From the NCBI RefSeq assembly GCF_009834535.1, contig NC_045697.1, positions 53,136,001 through 53,200,000 on the forward strand: a DNA stretch of 64,000 nucleotides, given 5' to 3'. Origin of the DNA: Camelus ferus. Its lineage: Eukaryota. How positions within the stretch are numbered: the first letter of the stretch is position 1; every line of letters begins with the position of its first letter. Both the position numbers and the translations under genes were made by a program. Positions 58,869-64,000 of the stretch are shown piece by piece. Under the pieces are notes generated by a model. That model was not told the DNA's origin. It searched no databases and saw only the letters and a program-made list of their open reading frames with translations.

Positions 58869-60318
58869 CTGCAGGGGGAGAGAAAAGAAAATATTACCAA
58901 ATCAAACAATCAGTCAATTATTGTTTTGTATTCTCATTTTAATTTCAGAAACTGGTCTACTTTTAAAGCTAGGAGGTGTTTTGGTTTTGAGTGTCAGACA
59001 AATTTAGAATAAATTACACTATAAATTTAAAATAACAAGGCACAATATGTGGATGATTAGAGAAGGTACCTGGGTATGACTTTCAATGCTTAGTGTATTT
59101 ACTTAGAAAATCCAGGAAAACCCAACCAAATGTAGAAATAAAATTTGGGGAAATCCAATTAGTTGATTATGTAAAATACTACCACTAAATTTCTGACAAC
59201 TTGTTTTTCCCTTAAAAACTGCAGAGTAAAATCATTGTCATGTCCTTTAGGAATTAATGAAAAAAATCACAGAGACAACTATGTTACATGAATGTCAATG
59301 AAAGCGTTATAGCTAAACTCCAGTTTAGAAATTATGTAAAGGAGAAATATTTGGTGTTGAATTCAGAAAGTTAGGTATTAAAAAATACAACAAAAAGCTA
59401 TTTCTCTTGCTTATAAAAACTTTGAGGGACTGAATACTGTGGGAACAATTTTGCAAGGAAATAATAATGATGGCAGAAAAGGAAAGGATCCTTGGAATGA
59501 AACATGGTAGGTTAAACAGAATTGAACAGACACTTGAAGATCACATATAGTTCTAAAAATAGCGGATACTGTGCTCTCTGATCAAATGGAGATATAAGGA
59601 ACTAGTGAATAGCATGTAATTGAATCACAAGAGCAGAAGGCAAGAGGTATAAAAGAGAAAAGCAAAAGGCCATAAAATTCAAGAGACCCAGGCTCTTGTA
59701 CATTAAAAACCTATTTGCACAAGTTATGTTCCAGATAAGTCAAATATGTGAAATACAGTTGTTTATTTTAGATGTTAATAAAAGAGACCCTCTTACCATC
59801 TTCCTTTTTGTAGTTATATCTTAAGTGGAGGAACATATTACAGCTTTTGATGATAAGAATGTGATAATAGACCCAGAGGTTGAGTGAAAAACAAAATTGG
59901 GAGGGGAATCTCCTTAAAATGTAGGTGGTGGGTAGACATGGACCTTAAAGAGAAGTGGGAGTCTGGGTGATTTCTTTGAAAGTCTAGTTCTACTCCTCCA
60001 AATTTATGTGGAGAGTTCTCACACTTTACCCTCCTCAATTAATAGCCATGCCTCTGCTCTCTCTCCCTCTTTTTCTCTCTTCATTTCCCTTCCACACTTC
60101 CCCATGCTTCGCCCCTTCTCCTCAGATTCCAAGTGATTTTGAATGGGCATATTTCCATGGATATTAGAAAAAGAGGGTAATTGTTTCTGTTTCTTTCCAT
60201 CTCATGTGACTCTGTCCTGTTTTTAAAAATACATAATCTCACTGTGACCTCCATTTCAGTGTTATATAGCTTTCAATTTTAGGTAGTTCTTCTAGTTTTC
60301 AAGTATATAGAATCTTAC

Positions 60319-60388
60319 CGGAAAACAAATGGCAAAGACCAGGATAAGCCCAGTCAGGATTACAGTCTTCAACTTGTCCTTTTAACCC
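60319..60388 (-). pseudogene. Gene A exon 2: signal peptide (L)KTVILTGLILVFAICFP with TTG in place of ATG
   Basis: Acceptor ctttatgtatag|, 16-nt UTR, 18 codons (60372-60319), phase-0 donor CCG|gtaaga; clear paralog of gene B exon 2. Confidence 0.8.
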
Positions 60389-61222
60389 CTATACATAAAG
60401 AAACAAGAGGAAGGAATTGTTATGTGCTTGACAATGAGGGAATGAGTTTTATCAAACTGCCCAGTAACACAAAACTAAAGTTTTAGTAGCAATTTTAATA
60501 ATAAAGAAAAAAATTCTTTTCCTAAAGTTGAACTGAAAATTGGATGTAAAATTAAAAGATGCATATATATATATTTTTTTGAAGACACCATTATTATTTG
60601 AAACCACTAAAATTAGGTTTTTCCATTTGGTTTGTTAATGAAACTATTATTAAAAAAATTCTCACTTAACAGGAAAGCTTCATTTTCCAGAAAGAATTAT
60701 AATGATTAAGAAATTCCTCACCAATGTGTTGAGTGTATGCAAAATAATATTGATCAGTTGTTGAGAGAAGTATAGGAACTTGGTAAGAAAACACAGGAGG
60801 TGGAAAAAAATCGAGACTACCAAAAAAATAAGGTAGATGATTAAAGTTCCAGTAGAATAGAACAGTCAATAACATTATTTTTGGTGACTTGTGTACATAA
60901 AGTTGATTTTTCTCCACCTTGAAAGAGCTCAGCTCTCATGAATGCCCTTTTCTAATCTTAAAATATCCACATATCACTGTAAATATGATTCCTCTGAAAA
61001 CTACTTCTCAAAGTACAAAATATATTGAGCCCATTCAAAAAGAAGATAGTGTGTCTGGATAATTAAGGTTGAATACTTTTGAAATTCCAATTGACTGCTG
61101 TTCTAAAAAACCTTTATGAACAGGTACTTCAGAGAATAAGAAACCTAAAAAGCTAATAAATATAAAAAAGGTACCAAAACTCACTGGTAAAAAGGGAATT
61201 ACAAATTGAAAGAATGAGTTAC

Positions 61223-61280
61223 CCATTCTATATGCATGATAGCAGTGAAATTTAGAAGACAATAGTAGGTATGAGGGCGA
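61223..61280 (-). other. Candidate non-coding exon 1 of gene A
   Basis: TATA-like ATATATGA at 61309-61302 and donor TGG|gtaact. Confidence 0.35.
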
Positions 61281-61429
61281 ATCTGGAGACACTGGAGCCT
61301 CTCATATATTGATGCTGAGAGTTACATGACAATTTTACAGAGAAATTAGAACTACCCAGGGAAACCAAAGACATCCTTACCACTTCTGCATGTTTATAAT
61401 CTAAATAAACTCTCATCCATGTACACAAG

Positions 61430-62100
61430 AAAACGTGCATAAAAGGATGTTTACTGAGAATCATTTGTAATAGAAAAAAATTAGAAACATCCTAATTGCT
61501 CATTAGTAGGTTAATGAATATGCTGGTGTTTATTCACTAATGAAACAGTATACAGAAGTTTAAAATTAACTATTTGTGCTACATGTAGGAATATGCACGA
61601 TGCGTGAAAAAATAAGTTGCAAATAGACACACACACACACATACATGGTGGGGGAGAAAGGGAGGGACAAGCTATTCTATACTATCACTACATGTCTATG
61701 TGTCCATAAACAACATATCTTTTTTTGTTTGTTTTTCTCTACTTACATATTCATCCATCAATGATAAACAATATATTTTTGTTTTGTTAAACAAAACAAA
61801 TATATGATATATTGTTTATGAATATATAAATGTTTATGCATAAAAACATACTACAGAAATGATATACACCAATTATAGGAAATTGATTAACTAAATAAGG
61901 AAGAAAGAAAAAGAAAAGAGGGAGGGACTTCGTATCTAATATTTCTTTAAAAAGAAACGGGCATAGAGCTCTCTGAAGCGTATATGGTATAAGCTTAACA
62001 TTTGTTAAATGCATGCCTGAAAACATATTTTCTATGCTTTTCTGTAAGTTTGAAAATTTTCATAATTAAAACTTTTATTTTAAAAAATGCATTAAAATAC
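61430..62100 (+). mobile_element. Old L1M 3'-end fragments
   Basis: aaggatgtttactgagaatcatttgtaatagaaaaaaattagaaacatcctaattgctcattagtagg; 3'-end motif ctgtaagtttgaaaattttcataattaaa. Confidence 0.5.
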
Positions 62101-62167
62101 ACAGCAACAACTACAAAAAAAAAATTCCTCACCTCCCTGTTATTCACTCATTGTGTGCGCACATGTG

Positions 62168-62169
<2 letters not shown>

Positions 62170-62206
<37 letters not shown>
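62170..62206. repeat. (CA)n microsatellite
   Basis: Directly visible. Confidence 0.9.
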
Positions 62207-62209
<3 letters not shown>

Positions 62210-62917
62210 ACTTCTCCTTCCCTTCCCAGCTCCCATAATAATTTAGGAAAATTGTAGGAGCTGTGGCTCAAAGAGAGTTCTAGGAATAGTGCTATTAAGT
62301 TGAGAGGTCAGCTTCATGGAACTCAGCTCCTGTATGTCTGATGGGTGACATAGTGCTCTATGTATTATTGTGTTTCAAGGACAGTTTCCAGAAAATCCTG
62401 AGATTCTATGATGCTATTTGGCTTTTGCTCTCCTACTCTCTCCAGTATATAGTTTCTGGGCTATAGGATTTTATACCTGTTCTGAAAATACTTTATAAAC
62501 ATTATTAAGTACTTCTCCTATTGATAAATGATTTTCAGATGAGGTAAACATAGTTAAAGGTCTTGAATGATGAAATCTATTTCTGACCTATATTAATCTA
62601 ATTTTGAAGAACACTATGTTGTTCTTCCTAATATAAGACAGTTGTGTGCATGGAGAGTCTATGATATGTCTTTGATGCCAGATTATTAAGATGAATATAC
62701 AGAAGAAAAAGATTTCTGATACCAGAATTTTGTGAAAGGAAAATGGAAAATACAGACAGACTGTACTATCTGAGGAATTATCTTAAGGAAGTTCAATAAA
62801 AATGAGCTGGTCTCTAGTAGCACGTGGCATGTGAGAATGATTGTGGGACCCTTAGCTTACTGGCCATGAGTGCCAACAGATCAACTTTTAGAATTTTTTT
62901 AAATTGTCACAAGTCAT

Positions 62918-63143
62918 CTTTTTTTTTTTTTGAAGTATAGTCGATTTACAGTGTTGTGTTAATTTCTGCATAGTGATTCATTTATATATACACGTATATA
63001 TTCCTTTTCATACTCTTTTTTGTTATAGGCCATTACAAGGTATTGAATACAGTTCCCTGTGCTATGCAGTAGGACCTTTGTTTGTTTGTTTTTTGCAGTA
63101 GGACCTTGTTGTTTATTTTATATATAGTTAGTATCTGCAAATC
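62918..63143 (-). mobile_element. Short L1 3'-end fragment
   Basis: Poly-T followed by gaagtatagtcgatttacagtgttgtgttaatttctg...gttccctgtgctatgcagtaggacc. Confidence 0.75.
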
Positions 63144-63786
63144 TGTCAGACTGTGCAACCATTTGATGTTTCAGTTTGAGCCTGAATTGAATCAGTTTAT
63201 GTCATTGTCTTCCCAATAAAACATTCCATCCAAGTATTCCCCTTTTCAGTGAATGGCACATTATTCACCCAGTTGTTAGTGTAAGCCAGAATCCTAAATC
63301 AATCTTGACTTCCCTTTCATTGTCCCATGTCTATCAATCACTAAATCCTCCCTATATTTTGCTTCTTAGACAGTGTTTTGAATCAGTTCACCTGTCTTCA
63401 TCTTCACCAACAGTATCCTATCCAACTTAGTACCGTATTTTTCTTGGGCCTCTCAGCTCAGCACACAGTTAGTGATTTCCCATTATGTAATACACATTGT
63501 TCTAGGAGGTGGGGACAGAGGGAAGAGCAGTACAATGCTCCTGACCCCCTGGAATTTTCATGATCACAAAAGCAGTCTCTTAACTGAGCCACAGCCCTGC
63601 TTTTAATTAAGTCAACATAATTTTTAATGAAGTACAAATCTGATTGCTGTAGTCCCCTGGTTGAAACCTTTCACTGGTTTCCCATTGTTCTTTATCCTAA
63701 AGAAAAAACATTCTTCAAGTGACTTATAAAGTCCTTTGCAGCTCACTTCTCACTGTTCTTCAGTCACGTCTCTCTTGGTCTCACTC

Positions 63787-63834
63787 TGTGTGTGTGTGTG
63801 TGTGTGTGTCTGTCTGTCTGTCTGTCTGTCTGTG
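63787..63834. repeat. (TG)n(TCTG)n microsatellite
   Basis: Directly visible. Confidence 0.9.
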
Positions 63835-64000
63835 TATTGCTTATTATACTCCTTTCTTCCTCGAAGGCCTTTACATATTCTATTACACAGTCCACAGCAA
63901 TAAGGGTTTTGATTCCATCTAGAAATTGGAGTAACCCAGTCTTATTTAGTTCTTATCTTCAGGCTGGCATTCTGTCTAGTGTTTGACTTGAGTCCTTCCT

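Noticed and set aside
54452..60388. Assigning the symbol MUC7 to gene A (or to gene C)
   Set aside because: Gene A lies on the CSN3 side of CABS1, whereas MUC7 lies beyond SMR3/OPRPN; neither gene shows MUC7-type 23-aa repeats; orthology cannot be established by eye

Overview
Mammalian genomic DNA, probably camelid given its tRNA-derived SINEs of the vic-1 type. It lies in the SCPP (secretory calcium-binding phosphoprotein) gene cluster around CABS1, and all genes are on the minus strand. The only clearly intact, recognisable gene is CABS1 (CDS 26186->25023). Around it are several paralogous SMR3/OPRPN/MUC7-type transcription units. Genes A and B show the full architecture: non-coding exon 1, a 54-nt phase-0 signal-peptide exon 2, a large exon 3 starting x-S/N-E/G-S, and a short 3'UTR exon. 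From right to left: (A) a ~1,480-codon Lys-rich plus PTS-mucin gene whose start codon reads TTG and which carries frameshifts; (B) a giant gene with an intact signal exon (MKTLVLTLTILNFVAYCP) and an apparently uninterrupted ~19-kb exon containing five diverged ~2-kb repeats; (C) a small decayed Pro/Thr-rich paralog with no intact signal exon found; and exon 1 of an SMR3/OPRPN-like gene running off the left edge. The main hypothesis is that CABS1 is the surviving, independently initiated C-terminal end of the ~6,300-aa secreted gene B protein, whose upstream part is decaying in two age strata. The rest of the window is ordinary repeats (L1, L2, MIR, MLT1/MLT2, MER20, SINEs, microsatellites). 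Repeat family names come from recalled consensus motifs, not from a search.
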